Source: Candidatus Heimdallarchaeota archaeon B3_Heim
GTDB taxonomy: Archaea; Asgardarchaeota; Heimdallarchaeia; Hodarchaeales; Hodarchaeaceae
Reading direction: 5' to 3'
DNA: 32,000 bases
Assembly: GCA_003144275.1 (NCBI GenBank)
Contig: NJBF01000021.1
Span: forward strand, 1 to 32,000
Shown here: positions 9,672-18,964 of the stretch, one piece after another
How the letters are laid out: each line of letters starts with the position of its first letter
How positions within the stretch are numbered: the first letter of the stretch is position 1
Notes under the pieces: model-generated
Seen by the model: only the letters and a program-made list of their open reading frames with translations
Told to the model about the DNA's origin: nothing
The model's database searches: none
Position numbers and translations under genes: made by a program

Positions 9672-10313
9672 ATGGGTTTCATCGTGAATTCTCAACCAAA
9701 GAAATTATTATATGTTCTCTTCCCATTTATCGTGCTTATAATTAGTTTAATAGTTATAAATCTCTTATCAATGATTGAGTCAGATCCGTTGGACACAATC
9801 TGGACAACTCGGCAGCTAGTAATTGGATTATTCATCTTTGTTGGATTTACATTTATCCCTGGATTTCTACAACTTTCATTCCGAAATTCATTACCGTGGT
9901 TTTTTGTATCTCTCTCTCACCACTCAGGTTCTATGAAAAATCACGAACTAGTTTACAAGAATCATTCTATCTGTGCAGGATGCTTTGGTTCTACTCTTAG
10001 TATTTTTCTTAGCAATACGTGTCTATTACTATATTTTTTCTTTCCTTCATCTTTCGATAGAATAACCCCTTCCGTACTTCTTGTCATTGGATTTATTCTC
10101 ATCTTAGTAACTTATAGTAGATATTTCACAACCTTTTCAGCTAGAATTAGGTTAGTGCAACATTCAACATTATTTTTTGGATTATCATTCCTTATAATCG
10201 CAGAAGACATGATATTCCAGTCTGCGTTATTTATAGTCCTTCTTTTACCAAGTTGGATCAGTTTTTTATTAAAAAGAGTAAAATTAAGTAAAGAAAAACA
10301 TAGTAAAAGCTAA
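9672..10313 (+). CDS. multi-pass membrane protein with HH...CAGC motif (weakly DUF2085-like)
   Basis: 213 aa; about 6 hydrophobic segments; SHHSGS...HSICAGCFG. Confidence 0.6.
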   Translation: MGFIVNSQPKKLLYVLFPFIVLIISLIVINLLSMIESDPLDTIWTTRQLVIGLFIFVGFTFIPGFLQLSFRNSLPWFFVSLSHHSGSMKNHELVYKNHSICAGCFGSTLSIFLSNTCLLLYFFFPSSFDRITPSVLLVIGFILILVTYSRYFTTFSARIRLVQHSTLFFGLSFLIIAEDMIFQSALFIVLLLPSWISFLLKRVKLSKEKHSKS

Positions 10314-10389
10314 CTGACTTCAGAATTAAAATCTGAAAAATAGAAAGGAAAAAATATGTATATCATAACGCTCTAAGTTTTTTGGGTAT

Positions 10390-11121
10390 GTGAGAAGAAT
10401 TATGATTGATTTCACGAGTACTTTAGGCCTCTGGATCTTTGCGATACTCTTAGGGTTGAAGCATTCGTTTGATGCCGATCATCTTGTCGCTGTAACAGGC
10501 GTTTTAAGTAATGCTCCTACCACTAAACAAACTACCAGATTAAGTGTGTCATGGGCATTAGGCCATATGATAACAGCTTCCTTGTTGACAATCGTGTTAT
10601 TTTCTTTTAAAGAAACTCTTTTAAAAGAGATTTTAAGTAATATGGAATTACTTGTCCCATTTATGTTGATTGCTATTGCTCTATTAACTTTAGCATGGGA
10701 ATTTGATCTGCTCCACTTTCACAGGCATGAACACACTCAAAAGGACGTTGAAGAATCAAAAGAGCATACTCATCTTCACCTTCATTTACCCAAATTGAAT
10801 GAACACGGAACAATGGTTGGGATAGGTATAATTCATGGATTAGCAAGTAATGATGAATTATTATTATTATTCACATTGACATTAGGTATTAATGAGTTGT
10901 GGGCAATACTTATAGGAGTCATGTTTTTCACAGTGGGCGTAATTAGTGGTATGGTTGCATACGGATGGCTAATCAACTTTCCAAACCAGCAATGGGGTGA
11001 AAAACGAGTTACCAGAGTAGTTAATGTCTCAATTGCCTCTGTTACTTTGACATATGCGTTTTGGTTATTAATTGGACTGGAAGGGCTGAATGTCGTTGAA
11101 TTTGTAAGTTCGCTTTTTTAA
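10390..11121 (+). CDS. nickel/cobalt transporter, NicO/UreH-like
   Basis: LGLKHSFDADHLVAV signature, His-rich loop HFHRHEH...EHTHLHLH, IIHGLAS motif; alternative start ATG 10402. Confidence 0.85.
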   Translation: MRRIMIDFTSTLGLWIFAILLGLKHSFDADHLVAVTGVLSNAPTTKQTTRLSVSWALGHMITASLLTIVLFSFKETLLKEILSNMELLVPFMLIAIALLTLAWEFDLLHFHRHEHTQKDVEESKEHTHLHLHLPKLNEHGTMVGIGIIHGLASNDELLLLFTLTLGINELWAILIGVMFFTVGVISGMVAYGWLINFPNQQWGEKRVTRVVNVSIASVTLTYAFWLLIGLEGLNVVEFVSSLF

Positions 11122-11203
11122 TGAAATAGAAAGAATAACTAAATAAAATACAGTCTATTTGCAGGTTACGTCATAGAAGAGGTTATTACACGAGGTATTA
11201 AAA

Positions 11204-11950
11204 TTGGTTAACTTTGAAATCACAGTTCTTTTTTATGGTACAGTAGCAGGACTTGCTACACTTTCAGGTATCGTACTTATGCGCAGTAAGCAGGAATGGG
11301 CAATTTCGAGATCCCAGTATGTCAATTCGTTTGCTGCAGGATTAATATTGGCACTTGTATTCTTTCATTTACTTCCTGAAGCAGTAGAACTATCAGATAT
11401 TGCTTTTCCTACCATATTTCTTGGTTTTTTCAGTTTTTATCTTTTAGAAAACTTCATTGTGATTCATTCAGGATCGGAACTTCACTTTCATGAAAGTGAT
11501 CCGTGTTTACAGCATGCCTCTGAGACTAATGGCGTCATGGCCTTTACAGGATTAAGTTTGCATTCGTTAATAGATGGAGTGATCATAGGGGTCGGTTTCG
11601 AGTTGGGAACAGAAATAGGTATATTAGCCGCACTAGCTGTAATCGCTCATGAAGTACCTGAAGGCGTAACCTCTTTTGCCTTGATAAATGAAACACTTCC
11701 TGACAAATCGCTCATCCTTTCAGTGATTGTCGCTGTTGCTACCCCTATTGGTGCTTTAATTTCATTGCTATTCATTCATAGTTTAACAGATAACTTGATT
11801 GGTATCCTGCTTGCCCTAGCTGCTGGAACATTTATTTACATCTCTGCTTCAGATTTAATTCCTCAAACACATGGAACCCAGAACTTAAAAACTATGGTCG
11901 CATTCCTACTCGGTGCGGTATTAATTATGGTAATTTCTTTCATACCATAA
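11204..11950 (+). CDS. ZIP family divalent metal transporter (ZupT-like)
   Basis: FAAGLIL, HLLPEA, HSLIDG and HEVPEG transport-site motifs, SDLIP; GAGGT RBS before TTG. Confidence 0.9.
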   Translation: MVNFEITVLFYGTVAGLATLSGIVLMRSKQEWAISRSQYVNSFAAGLILALVFFHLLPEAVELSDIAFPTIFLGFFSFYLLENFIVIHSGSELHFHESDPCLQHASETNGVMAFTGLSLHSLIDGVIIGVGFELGTEIGILAALAVIAHEVPEGVTSFALINETLPDKSLILSVIVAVATPIGALISLLFIHSLTDNLIGILLALAAGTFIYISASDLIPQTHGTQNLKTMVAFLLGAVLIMVISFIP

Positions 11951-11965
11951 ACAATCTTTAGCATT

Positions 11966-12817
11966 CTAGATTTGACTAGTGGTTATTTCTTTCACTTTTC
12001 GATTTACTAGGAAATTCCCAAACCAAATGAGGATTATTGCAACAGCAAAGCAGATAATCGGTAAGCGAAATAAGTAATCATTTTCAGGCTGAAGATACAA
12101 TACTAAAAGTGTTGTTACAAGGCTAGGAAAGAATAAGTAGGCTCCAGTCCTAAGCAACCAGAATCCATTGGATCCATATCTAGGCATGTAATGTCTAGTT
12201 AGCCCTCCAAAGGTTGCAGCATCAGTGATGATATTTGTCATTGTTTCATCTGGTGGATGCCCATCTGGAAAGTGAACAAGAACCCGTTTAAACTTCTTTC
12301 GAAATATTCCGAAGGAGAGGATTTCAAAAAGACCAAAAAATATAGCTAACACGAACTCAATCCCAAGAGCAACAGCAGGTATGATATAGGGTGCAAGGTA
12401 TAGAATCAATAAAAATACTGCAACAATTACAATAAAGAGCACTAATGCTCCTGCGCTATCACTGTTGGAATCACAATCGCTATTGGAATTATATCCACTT
12501 CCTTGTGAGTTACAGCCGCGAGATGAAGACCTTCCAGTTCTCTTCCCAGATGAACGAACTCTCCCCCGTCCTCCTGAGTAACTTGTTGATGAGGAACGAG
12601 TAGACCGACCACAGTTAATATCTCCACAATAATAATAACCCCGACAGCATACTTCATCAACCATAGGTGCTCCTGATCCATCACCAAACTCCTGTACTTC
12701 TTGACGCGCACAAACTGTATCACGTGTTGCCAATGCCACCACATCAGCTTTTACACGATGTTGCGCACATATTTCAGATATCGTATCAGCCGAAATACCA
12801 TTGAATTCTACTTCCAT
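11966..12817 (-). CDS. hypothetical membrane protein with Cys cluster and Gly/Ser/Arg low-complexity loop
   Basis: CCRGYYYCGDINC followed by GSR-rich tract and 4 predicted TM helices; GGTGA RBS 6 nt before ATG 12817 (ORF-track start TTG 12823). Confidence 0.65.
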   Translation of the reverse strand: MEVEFNGISADTISEICAQHRVKADVVALATRDTVCARQEVQEFGDGSGAPMVDEVCCRGYYYCGDINCGRSTRSSSTSYSGGRGRVRSSGKRTGRSSSRGCNSQGSGYNSNSDCDSNSDSAGALVLFIVIVAVFLLILYLAPYIIPAVALGIEFVLAIFFGLFEILSFGIFRKKFKRVLVHFPDGHPPDETMTNIITDAATFGGLTRHYMPRYGSNGFWLLRTGAYLFFPSLVTTLLVLYLQPENDYLFRLPIICFAVAIILIWFGNFLVNRKVKEITTSQI

Positions 12818-12904
12818 GATCAATCACCGTTGAATAAACAATAAAGAAATCTATCTCGGAATTCATGACTTGAGCCTATATAAAAAACTTGTGAAAGTGT
12901 AAAG

Positions 12905-13927
12905 TTAACTGAATTGACTCTTTAATTGCCGTAAGGCTTTGATTTCACCCAGAATTAATAATTTTGATCCAGGATTGATTTTATCGTCCGATTCAGGATG
13001 TGGTTGTTTATCAATTGCAACTATTGTTATCTCGAATTGTCTCTCAACCTCTTCTACTATAAGCGGGGAAACACGCTTAGTTGAAGATATTTCTATCTCC
13101 ATCAAGTGTATATCACTTTTTCCTTTTTTGGATTTTAGAGTTTGAATTATTCCATCTTCAAAGCTGGTGGCTACAAATGCAGGAGCAGCTATTGCACTTG
13201 TGCTTAGTGCTGCATCAATGTCAAATAACTCTGTAACCTTTTTGGAAAAAGCGACATCAAATGCTCTAATCACAGTACGTAAACTTGGATTCAATTCTTT
13301 TGCAATTGTGGCAATTTTAAAATTGACTAAATCATCATTTGTAACCGCAATCAGGGCACGTGCCTTCAGGACATTTGCTTTTTCTAATATCGGACGTTGA
13401 GTGGCATCTCCGAAAATTAAAGCTATAGAAGGATGTTCTAATAATTCATTTATCAATTCTGACTTATCTTTCTCAAGAGTTATAACAGTCGTAGCTATTC
13501 CATCTTCTTTCAGCTCATTAACAATCCTACTCCCCACATTACCCAATCCAACCAATATTGTGTGCCTTTCCATGTCATTTGCCAACCAATCATTCCAAGC
13601 TTCTAGTCGATACCTGTATGTGAAGACGATCAGTCCGAACTCAATTATCCCTATCCCTATCAGAACTAACCCTAAAAATGGATACACAATGTATAAAAGC
13701 TTTATAACTATATCTCCGGTATGAGGAAAAGTATACACTTCCATAGATAGCAACAAGGCAATAGTTGCTAATATATTATCAAGAATGGCTCCTGTATATT
13801 GCGAATCGAATGATGGAAGGTAATACCAGTGAAATAAAAGGCTTCCCAAGGTGATAGTTCCTAGAAGAAGGAGGAATGCAGATTTTAGCTGCTTAAAAGC
13901 CAAAATAATCGAGCGAATCTTTTTCAC
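12905..13927 (-). CDS. two-TM ion-channel-like protein with RCK (TrkA-N and TrkA-C) domains
   Basis: Two TM helices, then GLGNVG Rossmann motif, IFGDAT, TNDDLVN and a C-terminal RCK-C; no TxGYG filter. Confidence 0.8.
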   Translation of the reverse strand: MKKIRSIILAFKQLKSAFLLLLGTITLGSLLFHWYYLPSFDSQYTGAILDNILATIALLLSMEVYTFPHTGDIVIKLLYIVYPFLGLVLIGIGIIEFGLIVFTYRYRLEAWNDWLANDMERHTILVGLGNVGSRIVNELKEDGIATTVITLEKDKSELINELLEHPSIALIFGDATQRPILEKANVLKARALIAVTNDDLVNFKIATIAKELNPSLRTVIRAFDVAFSKKVTELFDIDAALSTSAIAAPAFVATSFEDGIIQTLKSKKGKSDIHLMEIEISSTKRVSPLIVEEVERQFEITIVAIDKQPHPESDDKINPGSKLLILGEIKALRQLKSQFS

Positions 13928-14048
13928 AGGAAGAAGGGATAAAAAGCTGTTTATTATCTTTTATGGTAAATTACTTCTATTCATCCTGTTGAAAATCCTT
14001 TTCGAAATCGAAATTATCAAATTCCAAGAGAGATAACTTTGGAGACGA

Positions 14049-14900
14049 GTGAAAGAGATGCGAAGAATTGTAATAGGAGGTAATTGGAAAATGCAAATTA
14101 CTTCTAATAATGAGGCGGTAAGAATTGCCGACGACATTGCCCAAGGCTTATCTACTATGTCAAATGTGGATGTATTTATTGCCCCATCTTTTACTGAATT
14201 GTATTCAGTGAGTAAAGCGATTAAAGACACTCATTTAATGTTAGCAGGACAGAATATGTATTATCACGAGAAAGGAGCTTTCACTGGTCAAATATCGGTT
14301 CTATCATTAAAAGAGTTATGTCAGTTTGTGATTTTAGGACATTCTGAACCCCGACGGATCTTCGGAGAAACCGATGATTTGATTCGTCTGAAACTTCTGA
14401 AAGCTCTTGAAAGCGGGTTAACACCTGTCTTATGTCTAGGAGAAACGGCTAAAGAGCGTGAAGGTGGAAAAGCACAAGAAATCCTACATCAACAGCTTGC
14501 TGGGAGCTTAAAAGGGTTAGAAATAAATCAAATGAAGGAAATTGTAATTGCTTACGAACCTGTTTGGGCTATAAATAACAAATTCCTAAATCCTGATACT
14601 AAAATCCGACCTGCTACCCCCGTCGAAGCTAATGAAGCCCATACTATTATTCGAGAATGGCTTAACAATGAATTTGGTGCGCCAACTGCTGAAGAAATTT
14701 CAATCATCTATGGAGGCAGTATGAATGCACAGAATGCTAAAGAATTGCTAAACTTAGAACAAATTGATGGAGGGTTGATAGGAGGGGCTTCTTTATCAGC
14801 AGAAAAGTTTTTACCAATTATTAGGATCGCTGCTCAACTTTCGGAGAATCAATCAGCTGATTATAGATGGGAAAACAATACTTTGCGCTTTGATGAGTAA
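14049..14900 (+). CDS. tpiA: triosephosphate isomerase, bacterial/eukaryotic type, with atypical loop 6
   Basis: GGNWKM (Lys), GHSE (His), AYEPVWAI (Glu), YGGS, GGLIGGASL; alternative start ATG 14058. Confidence 0.85.
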   Translation: MKEMRRIVIGGNWKMQITSNNEAVRIADDIAQGLSTMSNVDVFIAPSFTELYSVSKAIKDTHLMLAGQNMYYHEKGAFTGQISVLSLKELCQFVILGHSEPRRIFGETDDLIRLKLLKALESGLTPVLCLGETAKEREGGKAQEILHQQLAGSLKGLEINQMKEIVIAYEPVWAINNKFLNPDTKIRPATPVEANEAHTIIREWLNNEFGAPTAEEISIIYGGSMNAQNAKELLNLEQIDGGLIGGASLSAEKFLPIIRIAAQLSENQSADYRWENNTLRFDE

Positions 14901-15041
14901 AATCAATCTTCCTTAATATCACGGAAGGATTTCAAAACAACGATTATTTACTGAATGCATTTTTATAGAAGTCTTTCCCAGTTAGTAATTCATCTGAGTC
15001 ATGTCCTGACTCGATAATAAAATGAAAAAATAGTGATAAAA

Positions 15042-15248
15042 ATGGAATCGACATATAAATTAATTACTTTAGTGGGTAGTAGCCCTAACAGCTTCGAAGA
15101 GGCAATTCAAAATGCAGTAGCTGATGCAGGAAAATCTCTTCGTGATCTACGGATTGCTTCGGTTGAAAAACAAGATTGTAAGATTGAAAATGGGAAAATT
15201 GTAGCTTACAGAGTTAGGTTTACGCTTTCTTTCAAGTATGAGGTTTAA
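15042..15248 (+). CDS. dodecin family protein (calcium-dodecin-like)
   Basis: YKLITLVGSSPNSFEEAIQNAV...YRVRFTLSF dodecin pattern; ORF-track start GTG 15033. Confidence 0.85.
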   Translation: MESTYKLITLVGSSPNSFEEAIQNAVADAGKSLRDLRIASVEKQDCKIENGKIVAYRVRFTLSFKYEV

Positions 15249-15291
15249 AATCCTCATTTCTCCAATTTTTACTTTTTTTACACATAGACGA

Positions 15292-16596
15292 TTATCTATA
15301 TGCCTTTTTTATGAAAATTATCCCACCTATCACGAAAATCAATGAACCACTTGTTATTAGTAAAGCTATATCAAAAATAAACCCTATTGGTTCAGAATTA
15401 AGGATCATGATTTTTCTCAGTGCTTCTCCGATGCAGAAAAAGGGATTTAGATGCCATAATTGAATATCTCCAATTAATGCAATATGCAGAAGAGGGATAA
15501 AATTACCTGTCAAGAATGTTAAAGGAATCGCTATGATGCTCGGTAGGTAAGTTGCCATTTGTCCATCTGTTGAAGCGGCAATAGCTAAGCTAATACCAAG
15601 AAGGGGTAGAACTGCGAAAACACTGATCACCAATATTAATATTCCTTGAAGATCTCCCTGAACTGGAAAATTAAGTAAGGTAAATAAAATTATTATTACA
15701 ATAGTCATTGTAGAAAGGGTGGTCACAAGCTGTGTTAATGATAGGCCACTGAAAAAGCTCCGAACATGGAAATTTCCTAATTTGAGCCTATCGATAGTTC
15801 CACGTTCTCTTTCGTAACCAACAATTCCAGATATTCCAGTACTTGATGAAATTAAAACAAAAACTAATAATGCGGGAGCAAAGATTTCAAACTCCGAAAA
15901 TGAAAGAGCTGTAATAGATTCATGTTCAATATCGAGGATTTTGTTAGATGGTATTCCCGAGATCCAGTAATGATCCAAGTATAATTGTAGCATTCCCTCT
16001 AATAGGATAGATGCCTCGGAAAAACGAGCGTATGAATAATCCCCTATTAATTCAACATTTGTTTCGGTGTAATAATACTCAGACATGTTTAGAATTGCGT
16101 GATTTTCGCTTACGTTAATTCGATGGTTTAACCCTGATAGTAAAGCCTTAGAAAAATCATTTGGCAGAATAAAACATAGGCTGATGAATCGACTTTGAAC
16201 GGCTTCACTGGCTTTTTCAAGAGTTGAAAATTGTATGATTTCGAATCTATGCTGCTCTGTGGAGGGTAATAGTCGATCGGAGTAGTTAATATTGTCTATA
16301 AATTCATTCCCAAATCCACCGTTTAGTGGATCTCCGAAAAGTCCAATTTCATGTATAGCTAGTTGAAATTGTTCTTTAATTTCGGAATTTAATGGTACGA
16401 CCTGATCCATATTAATAACACCAAGAGTGTAGATATCACCCGAATCTCCTACAATCACGAAAGAGCTCTCATCTCCATAAAGTAATGCCATCCCCACAAT
16501 GAAAATAATTGGTAAAATAAAAATAACTCCAACTCTTTCAATGTTCCTGAAAATTTGTTTCAGACATTTTACTGTATATACTAGGGTGAGATTCAT
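15292..16596 (-). CDS. ABC-2 type exporter permease
   Basis: N-terminal TM, large sequon-bearing loop, ERERGTIDRL motif, multiple C-terminal TMs; GGAGG RBS before ATG 16596. Confidence 0.85.
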   Translation of the reverse strand: MNLTLVYTVKCLKQIFRNIERVGVIFILPIIFIVGMALLYGDESSFVIVGDSGDIYTLGVINMDQVVPLNSEIKEQFQLAIHEIGLFGDPLNGGFGNEFIDNINYSDRLLPSTEQHRFEIIQFSTLEKASEAVQSRFISLCFILPNDFSKALLSGLNHRINVSENHAILNMSEYYYTETNVELIGDYSYARFSEASILLEGMLQLYLDHYWISGIPSNKILDIEHESITALSFSEFEIFAPALLVFVLISSSTGISGIVGYERERGTIDRLKLGNFHVRSFFSGLSLTQLVTTLSTMTIVIIILFTLLNFPVQGDLQGILILVISVFAVLPLLGISLAIAASTDGQMATYLPSIIAIPLTFLTGNFIPLLHIALIGDIQLWHLNPFFCIGEALRKIMILNSEPIGFIFDIALLITSGSLIFVIGGIIFIKKAYR

Positions 16597-16598
16597 CG

Positions 16599-17978
16599 TT
16601 AATTCCTCCAAAATCTGAAATAGCTAAAAAATGAGACAGAAAAAATGAAATACCCTAATGAAAGGAGTAAACTCATTAAAATATCTGGGAAAACTTGTGA
16701 TATATTGAAGTTGTATAGTAAAACCTGTCGAAGAGCAGAAACAGTATGGGTTAATGGCAGAAAATCCCAGATGAGAAAATCTCTTGCAATACCACTAGCA
16801 GTAGGTATAAATTTTTTGACTATCACAATTTGGGGTACTTCTATGAAGGCACCACTCATAAAACCGAGGAAAGGACCTCCAAACCCTAATATCGTCCCAA
16901 CTACGTCCTCATTAGAAAAAACTGCTGTCGTTAAATAAATGAGAGATGCAGAAAATGGAAGTATTGTTAGAGAAATAAAATATGCTAAGATTATATCTCC
17001 CATTGGTTGGAATCCCATCAGTAGACTACTGACAAAAAGTAAAAACGCTTGACCAATAATTACTGGAATTTGGATAATGAAGGTCCCAAGAATGTATGTT
17101 GTCGCAGTGGAGGAAGATAAACGAATTAAATCAAATGTACGATTATTTGATCGAAACTCCATACAGAAAAAGAGTGAAATTAACGATGGTTGGATGATTA
17201 TACCAAATGCTATAAGTCCTGGAATCGAAAGACCAAACAGTGAATAGGTTGGTATCGAGACACTTATCTCCTCATTCATGGTGAATGTAATGCTACCTCC
17301 TGGTCCTTTGAATACGGCTGCAAGATCCAGATATCCGTCTATAACATTGATTAGAATTGTATTCGCTATCTGGTAGTTTAGATAGCCTTCATCACCTTTT
17401 ATTAAGATATTATCTGTTATATTTACAGGAAAGTCTGGTAGGGTAGGATCGACTGATTGGAGATTCTCGTGCAAGTACAAACCATATGTGTTCTTCCAGT
17501 ATTGATTTAGAAGTTCCAACGAAGCATTTGAAAATTGCTGGGGAAGAACCAAGACTATATCCACCTTTCTATCCCTTAGATCCGACTCTGCTTGATCTTC
17601 ACTTGTAAATTCGATGATTTCGAAGATTAGAGATGAGCTCGATTGATTACTATAAGTTAAATTTGTTAAAATACTGATGAATTCGTTTCCAAAACCTTCC
17701 GTAAGAACATTCCCAGAATGAAATTGGTCAAAAGTCCAATTTCCCATAAGTGTTTCATTTTGGAAAATTGTTTGTATTTCTAAAGGAATACCTTCATCTT
17801 GGTTAAGGATTCCCAATATAAAGGTCTGATTTTCACCTATTGGTGATGCTGAGAAACCAAACCAGTACAAACCGATAAAAAAGACCGGAAATATAATTAA
17901 ATATGGGATAGTCCATTTACTACGAATTAACTGCAATCCTATTCTTTGTGAAATACCTAGTATCTGTCTTAGCGACAT
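16599..17978 (-). CDS. ABC-2 type exporter permease
   Basis: Same topology, LPLTHTVSALR motif; paralogous to the downstream permease (shared GFGNEFI). Confidence 0.85.
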   Translation of the reverse strand: MSLRQILGISQRIGLQLIRSKWTIPYLIIFPVFFIGLYWFGFSASPIGENQTFILGILNQDEGIPLEIQTIFQNETLMGNWTFDQFHSGNVLTEGFGNEFISILTNLTYSNQSSSSLIFEIIEFTSEDQAESDLRDRKVDIVLVLPQQFSNASLELLNQYWKNTYGLYLHENLQSVDPTLPDFPVNITDNILIKGDEGYLNYQIANTILINVIDGYLDLAAVFKGPGGSITFTMNEEISVSIPTYSLFGLSIPGLIAFGIIIQPSLISLFFCMEFRSNNRTFDLIRLSSSTATTYILGTFIIQIPVIIGQAFLLFVSSLLMGFQPMGDIILAYFISLTILPFSASLIYLTTAVFSNEDVVGTILGFGGPFLGFMSGAFIEVPQIVIVKKFIPTASGIARDFLIWDFLPLTHTVSALRQVLLYNFNISQVFPDILMSLLLSLGYFIFSVSFFSYFRFWRN

Positions 17979-17989
17979 TTTTCTTTCTC

Positions 17990-18964
17990 CTAGGATCGTA
18001 AGCGTCGGCCTGTCAAATTAATAAACACATCTTCAAGTGTTGTCCCCCTTAGGGAAAGATTACCTACTTTAAAGTTTTGCTTTTCAATGAAAGCAAGAAT
18101 TCTACTCAATTTCGGGATGAGATCCAGGGCACGAATTGTAAGAGAATTTTGGGATATGGTGATATCTTCAATTGGGAGGGGTGGCTCTAGAGCTGCCAAT
18201 TTGGCAGCTAAGGGTTTCAATTTCTTTTCTCGCGGTTGACCTGCAAGCTCTATTTCAACGAGATCTCCCTCCCCGATAGATGACTTCAACTTCTTAGGTG
18301 TGTCAAGAACAAGAATCTTCCCATTATCAATAATTGCTACACGATTCGAGAGTTTATCTGCTTCTTCCATATAATGAGTTGTTAAAATGACTGTTTTTCC
18401 TTGGTTTGGGAGGTTACGTATGAAATCCCATACTGCAACTCGTGATTGGGGGTCTAAACCGGGAGTTGGTTCATCACATAGCACTATTTTCGGATCATGA
18501 ACTAGTGCTAAGATTAAATTCAATCTACGTTTCTGACCTCCTGATAAATTTTTGATTATAGTCTTTCGTTTTTCTTCCAACCCAATCTGGGAAATAAGTG
18601 AGTCGATTCGTTCCTTTGCCAATTTTTTCGGGATGTCATATATTTTCGCTAAGAACCATAGATTTTCCTCAACAGTTAAATCTTCATAGAACGTAGGAGT
18701 CTGAGGAATTATACCTAATACGTTTTTAAGTGATTTATCCTTTTTGTGGGGATTCTTTCCTAAGATAGTGACTTCACCTGCATCTGGACGTAATAAGCCT
18801 ACAATCATCCGGAGACTAGTCGTCTTTCCCGCTCCATTCGGTCCAAGAAATCCGAATATTTCTTGATCGTAAATATCAAAGCTGATCCCTTGAACGGCAT
18901 GAACTTTGTTTTTACCTTTACCAAATGTTTTTTTAAGAGCTTTAACTTCTATTATTTTCTTCAA
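17990..18964 (-). CDS. ABC-2 type exporter ATP-binding subunit (DrrA-like)
   Basis: Walker A GPNGAGKT, LSGGQ signature, LCDEPT Walker B, TTHYMEEA, C-terminal TLEDVFINLTG; GGAGTGA RBS before TTG 18964 (ORF-track 18979). Confidence 0.92.
   Translation of the reverse strand: MKKIIEVKALKKTFGKGKNKVHAVQGISFDIYDQEIFGFLGPNGAGKTTSLRMIVGLLRPDAGEVTILGKNPHKKDKSLKNVLGIIPQTPTFYEDLTVEENLWFLAKIYDIPKKLAKERIDSLISQIGLEEKRKTIIKNLSGGQKRRLNLILALVHDPKIVLCDEPTPGLDPQSRVAVWDFIRNLPNQGKTVILTTHYMEEADKLSNRVAIIDNGKILVLDTPKKLKSSIGEGDLVEIELAGQPREKKLKPLAAKLAALEPPLPIEDITISQNSLTIRALDLIPKLSRILAFIEKQNFKVGNLSLRGTTLEDVFINLTGRRLRS

Noticed and set aside
12442-14230. ORFs 12442-12744, 12939-13145, 13167-13400, 13401-13724, 13851-14036 and 13961-14230
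   Set aside because: Overlap better-supported genes in other frames or strands; no recognisable motifs
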